Of a stretch of 64,000 bases of DNA, positions 48,408 to 58,193 are shown piece after piece (within the stretch, counting starts at the first letter, position 1; each line of letters opens with the position of its first letter). Location of the stretch: assembly GCA_035473115.1 (NCBI GenBank), contig DATION010000002.1:169374-233373 (forward strand), read 5' to 3'. The stretch is from Candidatus Udaeobacter sp. GTDB taxonomy: Bacteria; Patescibacteriota; Patescibacteriia; Magasanikbacterales; GWA2-37-8. Both the position numbers and the translations under genes were made by a program. The notes under the pieces are model-generated. The model was given only the letters and a program-made list of their open reading frames with translations, was not told where the DNA came from and searched no databases.

Positions 48408-48950
48408 TTACTTATAAAATTGAGCGTATTTTTGTCTAAATTTAGCCAATTTTGGAGCAATCACAGCTTGGCAATAAGCTTGCTCCGGATTTTTAGCAAA
48501 ATACTGCTGGTGATAATCTTCAGCCGGATAAAAATCCTTAAGCGAATAAAGTTCGGTCACAATCGGCTGGTCATAAACCCTTTCCTCGGCCAGATCTTTC
48601 ATAATTTTATCGGCAATATCGTATTGTTCTTTAGTATTATAAAAAATCGCGGAGCGGTACTGGGTGCCAATATCATTTCCCTGACGATCCGGCGTAGTTG
48701 GGTTATGAATTAAAAAAAAGATATGCAAAATATCGTCTAAAGTTATCACAGCCGGATCATAAGAAATTTTTACCACTTCAGCATGACCAGTTCGGCCGCC
48801 GCTAACTTCTTCGTAAGTTGGATTTTTGGTTTTGCCGCCAGCGTATCCGGAGACTGCAGAAATAATTCCTTTGGTATGAGAATAAGCGGCTTCAACACAC
48901 CAAAAGCAGCCGCCACCCAAAACTATTGATTGAATATTTTTATCGGACAT
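48408..48950 (-). CDS. msrA: peptide methionine sulfoxide reductase MsrA
   Basis: GGGCFWCVEAAY active-site motif. Confidence 0.9.
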   Translation of the reverse strand: MSDKNIQSIVLGGGCFWCVEAAYSHTKGIISAVSGYAGGKTKNPTYEEVSGGRTGHAEVVKISYDPAVITLDDILHIFFLIHNPTTPDRQGNDIGTQYRSAIFYNTKEQYDIADKIMKDLAEERVYDQPIVTELYSLKDFYPAEDYHQQYFAKNPEQAYCQAVIAPKLAKFRQKYAQFYK

Positions 48951-49050
48951 ATTATCTAAAGAATTTATTTACAAATTTAATAATAATTCATTATAGCACG
49001 CTTTTAAATTAAAACAGAAGTATTTTTCGTACTTCTGTTTTATTTGATAT

Positions 49051-50358
49051 TTAGTAGCGTCTGCGAAAATTTTTATTCCCTCCGGAACTGCCGCCGCCTT
49101 GTGGTTTTCTATGGCCATGAAAATTTCCTCCTCCGGTAGGGCCTCGGCGCGGAGCTCGGTTACGCCCTTGAAAACCGGAAGTTTCTTCATAATGATCCGC
49201 TGCGACTGCGCGGCGCGGTGGCAAAACCGGCAGCGGTTTAACTGGGATAGTTTTTTTGATTAATTTTTCAATATGTCTGATATCTACCCACTCTTGCGGA
49301 GAAGCAAAAGATATGGCCTTGCCAAAACTTTGCGCCCGGCCGGTACGGCCAATACGATGCACATAATCTTCGGTGTTATCCGGCAAATCATAATTTATCA
49401 CCAAAGAAATTCCGGTTACATCTATGCCGCGGGAAGCAATATCAGTGGCCACCAGTACACGGAATCTGCCGGTTTTAAATCCTTCCAAAGCCATCTTGCG
49501 TTGAGATAAAGATTTATTGGAATGGATTTCGGAAGCAGTATGCCCCATAGCGCGCACGCCGTTAGCAATCCTTTTAGCACCATGTTTGGTGCGAGAAAAA
49601 AGTAAAACAGAACCTTTATTATCTTCTAAAACTTTCTCCAAAAGCTGCATCTTGGCATCTTTGTTCACAATAAAAATTTCTTGTTCCACATTTTTTGCCG
49701 AAGTTCCAGCCGGAGCCACTTCAATACGCAACGGTGTTTTCATAAATCTATTGGCTATGTCGGCAATTGCTTGCGGCATAGTGGCGGAAAACATTAAAGT
49801 TTGACGTTCGCGTGGCACCATTGCCAAAATCTGTTTGATTTGCGGCATAAAACCAATATCAAACATGCGGTCAGCTTCATCCAAAACTACCATCTTCATT
49901 CTGTTTAAAGTAAGATTTTTTTGCTGAATATGATCCATCAATCTACCAGGAGTAGAGACGATAATATGAGGACCTCGGGCTAACATCTGTCTTTGCTGGT
50001 AAGCCGAAGCACCACCAATAAGCACAGCAGTTCTAAGTCCAATTGGTCGGCCAATTTTCTGCAAAACTTCATCAACTTGCAAAGCTAATTCGCGGGTTGG
50101 CAGCAAAACTAAACCTTGGCCATTACCTACAACTTGGGAAAGAATTTGAATCATTGGGATACCGAAAGCCAAAGTCTTGCCGGTGCCGGTTTGAGCGATA
50201 CCAACAATATCTTTGCCCTGTAAGGCATGAGGAATACATTGGTGCTGAATAGGAGTCGGCGTAACAAATTTTAACCGCTCAAGATTGTCGAGCAGTTTTG
50301 GAGCAATGCCAAGGTCGCTAAAACGAGCTTGGGATGGCGTATTCTGTGTCATCGTCAT
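49051..50358 (-). CDS. DEAD-box ATP-dependent RNA helicase with RGG-rich tail
   Basis: Q motif, AQTGTGKT, DEAD, SAT, HRIGRTGR. Confidence 0.9.
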   Translation of the reverse strand: MTMTQNTPSQARFSDLGIAPKLLDNLERLKFVTPTPIQHQCIPHALQGKDIVGIAQTGTGKTLAFGIPMIQILSQVVGNGQGLVLLPTRELALQVDEVLQKIGRPIGLRTAVLIGGASAYQQRQMLARGPHIIVSTPGRLMDHIQQKNLTLNRMKMVVLDEADRMFDIGFMPQIKQILAMVPRERQTLMFSATMPQAIADIANRFMKTPLRIEVAPAGTSAKNVEQEIFIVNKDAKMQLLEKVLEDNKGSVLLFSRTKHGAKRIANGVRAMGHTASEIHSNKSLSQRKMALEGFKTGRFRVLVATDIASRGIDVTGISLVINYDLPDNTEDYVHRIGRTGRAQSFGKAISFASPQEWVDIRHIEKLIKKTIPVKPLPVLPPRRAVAADHYEETSGFQGRNRAPRRGPTGGGNFHGHRKPQGGGSSGGNKNFRRRY

Positions 50359-50368
50359 ATTTTTAGTG

Positions 50369-50404
50369 GGACGCTTAGCGTCCTAAAAACCACGCTGAGC
50401 GTGG
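50369..50404. promoter_or_regulatory. twin palindromes ACGCTTAGCGT / ACGCTGAGCGT spaced 21 bp, in the 5' leader of the helicase gene
   Basis: ggACGCTTAGCGTcc-taaaaa-ccACGCTGAGCGTgg. Same pair as at 11010-11045. Confidence 0.6.
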
Positions 50405-50539
50405 TGACCCGATATAACTTATAGGGCCACACTATATAATGACACTTAAAGAAGTTCGAGTCTGAAGCTAGCCAAATTGGCAGCTATTTATTAAAGAAAA
50501 GTTAGTATAGCAGAGAAAATGGGTATTGTCAAGCTGGTG

Positions 50540-50568
50540 TTGACAAGAAAAGCTTGTTGCAATATAGT
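50540..50568 (+). promoter_or_regulatory. sigma70 promoter TTGACA-17-TATAGT
   Basis: TTGACAagaaaagcttgttgcaaTATAGT, 60 nt upstream of the 50628 ORF. Confidence 0.45.
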
Positions 50569-50627
50569 AATCTGTTAAGATTAATACTGGACGCTCTTTT
50601 AAAAATGGTCTCTTTGCTAGCACAGCT

Positions 50628-51209
50628 TTGTTCATAAAAACGGATAAAGCCGTACTAGCAAAGACAATCTTGATACGAACAACACAAAGAGGAGATATAC
50701 CAGTGAATAATGCCAGGGTTGATACAAGGAATATCCCAGATGTTTTTCGAGCTATTGCCAGACGATTTCCGGCCATCCCGGTATCAACTGCCGCAGGACT
50801 GGAGAAACTCGAGATACAGCGTGTAAACGGAGCAACAGTCATCACCACAATGCAAATAACCATTTCCCATGGAAGCAGACTGCTCTGCGCTGTATATAGC
50901 GCTCACTTTTTCCAAGGCGATCAGCCGTTCTTTACTCTAACAAGCCACGGCAAGTCGCACTTGCAAGGAAGAAATGCAGACAAGCAAGTCTGGGCCGCGA
51001 GAGTAAGGAATGACGCACTTTTACAGGTGAAAAACAATCATCATGACAGATTTTCACTTGAACATCTCGTAACTCACATCGTCCCCGTATTCGGAGAGCG
51101 GGAATTCTACGAAACAATCGCCGACGAATCAACTGCGAAAGCAATTCGCCAACAAGTACGGCAAGCTGGACAGGCCAAAAGCTCCGAAGCACAAGCTACG
51201 GCATCCTGA
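50628..51209 (+). CDS. hypothetical protein (elevated GC ~50%)
   Basis: 193-aa ORF with an upstream promoter and a downstream terminator. Preferred over the overlapping minus ORF. Confidence 0.4.
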   Translation: MFIKTDKAVLAKTILIRTTQRGDIPVNNARVDTRNIPDVFRAIARRFPAIPVSTAAGLEKLEIQRVNGATVITTMQITISHGSRLLCAVYSAHFFQGDQPFFTLTSHGKSHLQGRNADKQVWAARVRNDALLQVKNNHHDRFSLEHLVTHIVPVFGEREFYETIADESTAKAIRQQVRQAGQAKSSEAQATAS

Positions 51210-51344
51210 TCACAGCACCTCCACGGCAATGTGGAGTCAACAACCCAACCCAAGCAGCCTGAGAGCGATTGCCCGTTCTCTCCCCGCCTCTATCGATGAC
51301 TTCGATACTGATGAGTCCAAGATAATTTTGTTAAGGACGAAAGG

Positions 51345-51392
51345 TAAAAAAATAGCCCCACTTCTCGCGAGAGGTGGGGCTATTTTTATTTT
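51345..51392. terminator. bidirectional intrinsic terminator
   Basis: aaaaatagccccacttctcg-cgagaggtggggctatttttatttt (15-bp stem, one G-U). Confidence 0.7.
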
Positions 51393-51398
51393 AAGTAA

Positions 51399-51653
51399 TT
51401 AGGAAAGGTGTTTGGAAACAAGTTTAGTCATTTCAAACATGTTTACTGTTGCCTTACCGCCAAATACTACTTTTAAAGCAGCATCAGCGTTGATATTGCG
51501 CTTATTTTTTTGATCTTGAAGATTTTTACCCTTGATGTAAGCCCATAATTTTTTTACCACTTCAGAACGTGGCATAGGACCTGGACCGACGACAGCGGCT
51601 AATTCGGCGCTGACGTTCATCGGCTTCATAAACGCGGAGTTTGCTTTTGGCAT
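51399..51653 (-). CDS. SWIB/MDM2 domain protein
   Basis: LAAVVGPGPMPRSEVVKKLWAYIKGKNLQDQKNKRNINAD...MFEMTKLVSKHL is a SWIB signature. Confidence 0.8.
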   Translation of the reverse strand: MPKANSAFMKPMNVSAELAAVVGPGPMPRSEVVKKLWAYIKGKNLQDQKNKRNINADAALKVVFGGKATVNMFEMTKLVSKHLS

Positions 51654-51656
51654 AAC

Positions 51657-51697
51657 TTGTTTTATTTAGCGAAATCATGTCCTGATTAAACTAGGAC
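51657..51697. repeat. palindromic mini-element, copy 3 (intergenic, immediately 5' of SWIB start)
   Basis: gttttatttagcgaaatcatg followed by hairpin gtcct-gattaaact-aggac. Confidence 0.55.
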
Positions 51698-51767
51698 GCT
51701 GACTTCTATTAGTAAATATAGTAATTTAAGTATAGCAGCTATTCTAGAATAGCGCAACTGACCAAGC

Positions 51768-52367
51768 TTAAGGCCTTACTTTTTTAAAGGCTTCACGCTG
51801 ACCCACACGGTTCATCCAAGCAGTAATATTTGGATAGGCAGACATATCATAATTAATAAAACTTGCCATTTCCATTATAGACATAACTGTAATATCTGCC
51901 AAAGTAAACTTATCCAATGCCACATATTCTTTATCAGACAAATGACTCTCTAAAATTGGTAAATAGTGGGGTAAATCCTTTTCTCGTGCAATTTTGGTAG
52001 CTTCCGACTCAGGTAAATTGCTAAATTTTTGTATTACTAATGGGTAAAATGATGGCTGCAGATGAGAGATTGACCATACTATCCATTGATTAACTTCGGC
52101 GTGCTGCTGTAAAGTTTCTCCGACCAAATTAGTGGCTTTATATTTTTCAATTAAATAATAATTGATGGCTAAAGATTCCCACAAAACAAAACCATCATCT
52201 ACTATGACCGGCACTTTGCCATTTGGATTCATCTTTAAAAATTCCGGACTTTGGCTGTCTCCTTTGGAAAAATCAAAAGGCATCACTTCGTAAGGAACAC
52301 CAAGTTCCTCTAATAACCAATAACAACGCAAGGCTGATGATGCTTTAGGGCCGTAGATCTGGATCAT
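51768..52367 (-). CDS. glutathione S-transferase family protein
   Basis: Thioredoxin-like N-domain MIQIYGPKASSALRCYWLLEELGVPYE plus an all-helical C-domain. Confidence 0.75.
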   Translation of the reverse strand: MIQIYGPKASSALRCYWLLEELGVPYEVMPFDFSKGDSQSPEFLKMNPNGKVPVIVDDGFVLWESLAINYYLIEKYKATNLVGETLQQHAEVNQWIVWSISHLQPSFYPLVIQKFSNLPESEATKIAREKDLPHYLPILESHLSDKEYVALDKFTLADITVMSIMEMASFINYDMSAYPNITAWMNRVGQREAFKKVRP

Positions 52368-52389
52368 ACAATTAAAATTAATTATTAAA

Positions 52390-53151
52390 CTATTTAATTA
52401 CAATGTTGCGTTTAGCAACCAGTTGCATAATAGTAAAAAATATAACAGAAAATCCAAAAATGACTAACAGTGAAACTAGCGGATTTAAATCAGAGTAGCC
52501 GGTAAAAGAATAACGGAAAAAATTAATATTATGATGAATAGGATTGAAAAGACTGATGGCGTTCCATGGTTTTGGCAAAGTAGCCACCGGATAAAAAACT
52601 CCGGCCAAAAAAATCATCGGCTGCATTACAAACACATTCATAAATGTTAGAGCTTCAAAATTCTTTGCCCAAAAACCAAACGCCACGCCCAACATGCCAA
52701 ACTCCAGCCCGGTCATAAATAATCCGATAAGAAAATATAAAGGATGCGCCGGGAAACCTAAACCGGGAATAAACCAAACGGTAGCAAACAAAGCTATTAA
52801 AAGTGTTACTACGCCGCGGGTAAAAGCAGCCAGAGAATAAGCAATGCCGATTCGCCAGACCGGAATTGGTACCAGTTGTAAATCGATAATATTACCAACA
52901 TTTTTGGCAATCACCAAAGCAAAGGACGGATTGGAAAAACTATTGTTGACTACCAACATCGCCAAAAGACCGGTGTAAACAAAAGTTAAATACGGCAAGC
53001 TGCCGATTGTTCGGCCGGAAGTGACAATGCCAAACACTCCCAAATATAAAGCAACTGAAACTATCGGATTAAATACAGTATCGATCCAAATTTTCTGAAA
53101 ACGTTTTACTTCTCGGGCGTATAAAGCCCACATGTTTGTTTGCATACTCAA
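52390..53151 (-). CDS. ABC-2 type transporter permease
   Basis: 6 TM, ABC-2 family features. Downstream of the ATPase gene. Confidence 0.75.
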   Translation of the reverse strand: MSMQTNMWALYAREVKRFQKIWIDTVFNPIVSVALYLGVFGIVTSGRTIGSLPYLTFVYTGLLAMLVVNNSFSNPSFALVIAKNVGNIIDLQLVPIPVWRIGIAYSLAAFTRGVVTLLIALFATVWFIPGLGFPAHPLYFLIGLFMTGLEFGMLGVAFGFWAKNFEALTFMNVFVMQPMIFLAGVFYPVATLPKPWNAISLFNPIHHNINFFRYSFTGYSDLNPLVSLLVIFGFSVIFFTIMQLVAKRNIVIK

Positions 53152-53161
53152 AATAAAGAGG

Positions 53162-54070
53162 TTAAGAACCGTTATTAGTTAATTTCAAAAAGATGTGTTC
53201 CAAAGAAGCAGCTTCGGAACGAATTGATTTTAAGTTTTTATTATAATGATTGGTAAGCTTAGCCATATCAGAAGCTAAATCGGTGGTAATTGGAAATTCA
53301 TACTCCACACCAACTTCTGAAACTCCGGCTAGCGGAGCTGCGGAGCGATCAAACAATTCAAAGTGAATGCTATTTTTGGAAAATTCCTGCTGAATATCTT
53401 TTAATTTTCCACTTTTAATAACCTGTCCGTGATCGATAAGAGTAATTGAATCGCAAAGTTGTTCGGCTTCTTCTAAATAATGAGTGGTAAAAACAATCGT
53501 TGTGCCTTCTTCGTTTAGGCGGCGTACCAAACTCCAAATTTTTTGCCGCAAACTAACATCTACTCCGGCGCTCGGTTCATCTAAAATTAAAAGTTTTGGT
53601 TTATGCAAAATAGCTTTGGCGATCATTAAACGGCGCTTCATACCTCCGGAAAGGCTGCGCGCTTTTTCATGAACTTTATCTGCTAAACCCAGATCATCTA
53701 ACACAGCTTTTATGCGTGATTTTCTTTCCTGTCTGGGTACGCCATACATGCCGCTAAAATAATATAGAACTTCTTCAACAGTAAAAGCCATTTCCATCAC
53801 AATTTCTTGCGGCACAACACCAATAAGCTGTTTGGTTTTATTTGTCTCTTTGGCTACATTTAAACCAAAAACTTCAATATTGCCGCCAGTAGGCAGCAAA
53901 ATTCCACTGATCATATTTATGAGAGTGGACTTCCCTGCTCCGTTTGGACCAAGCAAACCAAAAATTTTGCCCGGCTCTATAGACAAAGAAACATTATCTA
54001 CCGCCTTAAAATCTTGGCCTTTGGAATTTTTAAAAATTTTACTGACATTATTTACTTGCAAAGGTAACAT
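53162..54070 (-). CDS. ABC transporter ATP-binding protein
   Basis: GLLGPNGAGKST Walker A, LSGGMKRRL signature, ILDEPSAGVD Walker B. Start at MLPLQV. Confidence 0.85.
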   Translation of the reverse strand: MLPLQVNNVSKIFKNSKGQDFKAVDNVSLSIEPGKIFGLLGPNGAGKSTLINMISGILLPTGGNIEVFGLNVAKETNKTKQLIGVVPQEIVMEMAFTVEEVLYYFSGMYGVPRQERKSRIKAVLDDLGLADKVHEKARSLSGGMKRRLMIAKAILHKPKLLILDEPSAGVDVSLRQKIWSLVRRLNEEGTTIVFTTHYLEEAEQLCDSITLIDHGQVIKSGKLKDIQQEFSKNSIHFELFDRSAAPLAGVSEVGVEYEFPITTDLASDMAKLTNHYNKNLKSIRSEAASLEHIFLKLTNNGS

Positions 54071-54213
54071 AGAAAAATATTTTATATAGATTTCAATTAT
54101 ATATGAAAAAATAAAACTTAACAAGTGTTTAAAAAAAACAAAACCGGACACGTTGTCCGGGGTTGACTCTCTTTTTTTGGAGAGTCGCTGTGTCGCTCTT
54201 GGCGACTAAGGTA

Positions 54214-54984
54214 CTACTGATCGATGGCTGTGCCGAATTCCTGCTGCGGCTCTGCAGACACTAGCCGAGCACTGGTGCCCGGAAAGTTTGGGTCACAGCT
54301 GGTCGACCCATTATCGCAGAGATCCCGCACATCGGCGGCTGTCATCAGCAGTGTGTGATGGGACAAACTCATCAGACCGGGCGTATCTGGAGGAAATCCG
54401 GAAAAATCTTCGTCCAGGTGAACTGCGCCGCCCGTGTGACAGAGTTCATGTCCTACCACATCGGCAACAGCAGAACCAAAATAAGTCCAGGCACAACTCG
54501 ATCCCACCGGACAAGAAGGAGCGATGGGGAAAAAGATAAATATGTTCTTATCCCCCTCTGCATTGTAATACCCTAGAGTTCGCTCGCCGCCTAGCTTGGC
54601 CATCTTGTAAGCGAACATATCCCGTCCCGCTTGGGTTGGGTATTCCTTGTCCGTGGGTATCCAGAAAACACACCTACCTTTTACCTGTTTGCTTTCCTTT
54701 GTTCCATAGAAAGCATCGGGTAGAATACCGGCAAGCCGGAAAAGTGGTTGTTGACCTTTCCTATTCCTGACATTGGCGTCAATGTCTTTCAGAGCCAGCT
54801 TCACCTGATAGGCGAAGGCTTCTCCATCCAAATAGGTCCCAAAGGCTTTTCCTGGATCACCACAGATGTAGATATCAACAGTCTGGTCACGGCTCAACTC
54901 CTCCCAGGGAGGAATGTCCAGGACACACGCCTGGCCAAGCAAGGCGAAACAAACCACAATAACCACAAAAATCCAGTTCTTCAT
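54214..54984 (-). CDS. secreted metzincin-type zinc metalloprotease lipoprotein (high-GC island)
   Basis: Lipobox LLGQAC. Exact metzincin motif HELCHTGGAVH (HExxHxxGxxH). AGGAGG SD. ~57% GC. Confidence 0.7.
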   Translation of the reverse strand: MKNWIFVVIVVCFALLGQACVLDIPPWEELSRDQTVDIYICGDPGKAFGTYLDGEAFAYQVKLALKDIDANVRNRKGQQPLFRLAGILPDAFYGTKESKQVKGRCVFWIPTDKEYPTQAGRDMFAYKMAKLGGERTLGYYNAEGDKNIFIFFPIAPSCPVGSSCAWTYFGSAVADVVGHELCHTGGAVHLDEDFSGFPPDTPGLMSLSHHTLLMTAADVRDLCDNGSTSCDPNFPGTSARLVSAEPQQEFGTAIDQ

Positions 54985-55045
54985 TTTGGCCTCCTAAGCC
55001 TTTGTTAAGGCTTTGATGTTTTTATCAATGAACACTACTGCTCTA

Positions 55046-55074
55046 CTTATACCACAAAATAAGGCTTTTGTCAA
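55046..55074 (-). promoter_or_regulatory. sigma70 promoter TTGACA-17-TATAAG with TGn extension
   Basis: Minus strand reads TTGACAaaagccttattttgtggTATAAG, ~60 nt 5' of the metzincin ATG. Confidence 0.5.
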
Positions 55075-55149
55075 GCCTTATTTGCATTATTTTGGCTAAT
55101 CTAAAGCCAAAAAATGATCAGTTCAAAAAACTTAAGCTACTTTCCAAAG

Positions 55150-56940
55150 TTATTCTAGGATAATACGCACGCCACCAAAATCCTGGTAGTCAAATTCATG
55201 AGTTTCATGAATTGAACCAATAAAAACTTTACTAGGAGAAATATTATTCTGCTCCGTAAACTCACGGACTGTTTCCGGACCAAACTTTTTATCAATATGA
55301 TTACAATTAATATTCATATGTGGGAATACTCCGCTTTTTTTGAAGACACGAACGCTTTCCAGAACATCATCGCATAAATTAACTTGATCCTTATCTTGGC
55401 AGTGAACAAAAGTTACATTTTTACCGTTTTCATTGCGATTTATATATTCCAAAGCGGGGAAAATATTGCTCATATCATGGAGAAAAACATAATAATGAGA
55501 CTCGGTAATTAAATCTATCCGACCATTAATATACTGCTTTAATTTGGGAATAAAACCAACAATATGACCTACAGTAAGTAAGAAATCTCGCTTAAACAAC
55601 ATGGTCATCACAATTAAAATTGCCGGAATAAAGTAGATCAAAAAATACATAACATTTTGATGATCTACTTGGATATTGCCTATAATACCAACAATGGTTG
55701 ACAAAGCTGCTAAAATAACAACTATTACCGGAGCGCGATAAGGACGTTTAAGTTCACGGCGAGTACGACGTAAAATTAAATTACCGACAGCAAAAAGAGT
55801 CATTACGCTAAGGAAGCTGATGGTATAGACACCGGCCAGCGAAAGTAAATCACCGCGCGTTACTAATAAAATAGAAAGACACAAAGCAAAGAAAAGCAGA
55901 ATGATTCTAGTATAGGAACCTTTATTATTTTTTTTGCTAAAAAACTGCGGTAAGATATGATCCAAACTCATACGATACATTAAACCTGACACGCCAACAT
56001 AACTTGTTAACACCGCTCCGCAAAGCACCAAAAACGCATCAATCGCTATTAAGCCAAGCAAAATCATTCCACCAAATTTAAAGGCCACGGAAGCCAAAAG
56101 AAAATCTTTGCCATTAATAATTTCTACCATTGGCAAAACCAGCAAACAAACTGCTGCAATAAGCGGATTGAATACTGTTACCCCAGCCGTCATATTGCGC
56201 AAGGTTTTTTTAAAGACACCCGGCTGTTGCTCTTCAACAAAATTGGCCGAACTCTCAAAACCGGAGATTCCAAGCAGCGATACGGAAAAAGCCAAAAAAA
56301 TTGTGTTTAACAAGCCTCCGTTGTTTGCCACAATATCTTTGGTAACAGCAATGTTATGTAAAATAATACTATTGCCTCCTTTAGTAATCCAAAAAATAAC
56401 GCCGATGATAATAAATAGAGTGAGAGTAACGAGGTGTAAACTAAAAATTCCGGCTACTACTTTGGCCGAATCCTTTACTCCGGCAATAACCAAAAGCGCA
56501 AACGCAAATAATATAACTATAGTAAAAGGAACAACTAATTCACGAAATGTTTCAGCCGATACTTGTAAGTGCATGGTTTCAAATAACGGACGAATAAATT
56601 GAAATAAATATTCAATAGCAGTTTTGGCAGAAATAACTGCGGTGGCAATATAAGACAAAACTGTCATAGTGCCGGCAACCGAAGCCACACCTTTACTGGC
56701 CGAGTTAAGCAAAGCATTATAGGCGCCGCCATTGACCGGCAAAGCTTCGACTACTTCGCGATATACGGAACGATACAAAAGTAATACTACCCCAACACAA
56801 AGTAAAACAATCGGCGCATAGATACCGGCAAAAAGAGCCGCAATGCCGGAAACATAGAGCGCTGAACTTAAAATATCATTGCCACAGATAGCGGTAGCAA
56901 AAAATTGTCCGAGTTTGGTATGCTTATGTTCGTTAGACAT
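55150..56940 (-). CDS. APC-superfamily amino acid/polyamine permease with C-terminal cytoplasmic domain
   Basis: 12 TM N-terminal region and a ~150-aa soluble tail. Confidence 0.7.
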   Translation of the reverse strand: MSNEHKHTKLGQFFATAICGNDILSSALYVSGIAALFAGIYAPIVLLCVGVVLLLYRSVYREVVEALPVNGGAYNALLNSASKGVASVAGTMTVLSYIATAVISAKTAIEYLFQFIRPLFETMHLQVSAETFRELVVPFTIVILFAFALLVIAGVKDSAKVVAGIFSLHLVTLTLFIIIGVIFWITKGGNSIILHNIAVTKDIVANNGGLLNTIFLAFSVSLLGISGFESSANFVEEQQPGVFKKTLRNMTAGVTVFNPLIAAVCLLVLPMVEIINGKDFLLASVAFKFGGMILLGLIAIDAFLVLCGAVLTSYVGVSGLMYRMSLDHILPQFFSKKNNKGSYTRIILLFFALCLSILLVTRGDLLSLAGVYTISFLSVMTLFAVGNLILRRTRRELKRPYRAPVIVVILAALSTIVGIIGNIQVDHQNVMYFLIYFIPAILIVMTMLFKRDFLLTVGHIVGFIPKLKQYINGRIDLITESHYYVFLHDMSNIFPALEYINRNENGKNVTFVHCQDKDQVNLCDDVLESVRVFKKSGVFPHMNINCNHIDKKFGPETVREFTEQNNISPSKVFIGSIHETHEFDYQDFGGVRIILE

Positions 56941-57104
56941 ATAATTAAAATTAATTAGATGTTATGTAAGGTTTAACAAGTGAAGATTATAGCACCATTA
57001 TTAAATGTTGGCAATACTTTTTTATTATAGACAAATGCGAACTTAATTTTGGGTATATTTTACAACTTATTTCTGCTACACTATACTTATTAAATAATTA
57101 ATCT

Positions 57105-57250
57105 CTTGGGTGGCGTGAGATTCGCCAATCGGAAGTATAGCCTTCGACTACACCTCGTTGTAGATGACCATGTGAAACTCATGGGCCGACCGTATAGTCG
57201 GGACTTTGGCGAAAGCCAGAGTATCGCGCAAGCGATAGAAAGAAGAGAAC
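57105..57250 (+). promoter_or_regulatory. structured 5' leader (candidate riboswitch/cis-regulatory RNA) upstream of the EamA transporter
   Basis: Six consecutive short hairpins (ggcg-tgagatt-cgcc, gaag-tatagc-cttc, ctaca..tgtag, ccatg-tgaaact-catgg, ccgac..gtcgg, ggc-gaaa-gcc, tatcgc-gcaa-gcgata). Confidence 0.4.
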
Positions 57251-57253
57251 AAT

Positions 57254-58171
57254 ATGAAACACGTATATCGTGGCTCTATTGCTGTTGTAGTAGCAGCAAT
57301 ACTATGGAGCTTAGACGGACTACTGCGCCGGCAACTTTATAATTTACCGTCTAGCGTTGTGGTGTTTTGGGAACACCTGCTTGGCTTAATAATTCTAGCA
57401 CCGATATTTTTTGCCACATTTAAAAAATATAAAACCTTTACCCGCAAACAGTGGCTATCCATAATTTTGGTTTCGGCATTATCGGGCGCACTCGGCACCT
57501 ACTTTTACACTTCCGCTCTGGGCCATGTTCAGTATATTCCCTACTCTGTTGTCGTTCTATTGCAACAATTACAGCCAATATTTGCGATACTGGCAGCGGC
57601 ATTTTTATTACGCGAACAGATTGGCAAACGATTTGTTTTCTATACCGTCATCGCTCTGGTGGCCGCATATTTTGTTTCTTTCCCTGACTTGCAAGTTCAT
57701 TGGCAGACCGGTAAAGGCACAGCTATTGCCGCTTTACTGGCAGTGGGAGCAGCTATCTGCTGGGGAAGCTCTACAGCTTTTTCCAAATATACTCTGCGCG
57801 ATACATCATTTTTGCAGACAACCACAGCCCGTTTTGCTTTCACGCCAATTTTTGCCTTGATCCTTACTTTTATTCTTGGCCGCAGCAGCAGCTTGGGAGC
57901 GATAACCATTATGCAATGGAAAAATCTACTAGCCATTACTTTTTCTACCGGCATGGTGGCTTTAGCAATTTATTATTATGGACTGCAAAAAATTCTTGCT
58001 TCCCGATCAACGATCTTGGAATTAACTTGGCCAATCTCGGCAGTAGTAATTGGGTTTTTTGTTCTGCACGAAAAACTTAGCCCAACGCAAATAGTTGGCA
58101 GTATTGTTTTACTTGGTGCTATGTATGGCGTGGTGCAGGAAACAAAAATATTGCCCACAAATGAATTGTAA
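57254..58171 (+). CDS. EamA/DMT-family transporter
   Basis: 10 TM with two EamA-like repeats. Confidence 0.75.
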   Translation: MKHVYRGSIAVVVAAILWSLDGLLRRQLYNLPSSVVVFWEHLLGLIILAPIFFATFKKYKTFTRKQWLSIILVSALSGALGTYFYTSALGHVQYIPYSVVVLLQQLQPIFAILAAAFLLREQIGKRFVFYTVIALVAAYFVSFPDLQVHWQTGKGTAIAALLAVGAAICWGSSTAFSKYTLRDTSFLQTTTARFAFTPIFALILTFILGRSSSLGAITIMQWKNLLAITFSTGMVALAIYYYGLQKILASRSTILELTWPISAVVIGFFVLHEKLSPTQIVGSIVLLGAMYGVVQETKILPTNEL

Positions 58172-58193
58172 GGCAATATTTTATTACGAAAAC

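Noticed and set aside
57106-57342. 78-aa plus ORF overlapping the structured leader and the EamA start
   Set aside because: It is out of frame with the transporter and lies in a hairpin-dense region. A leader RNA is the more parsimonious reading.
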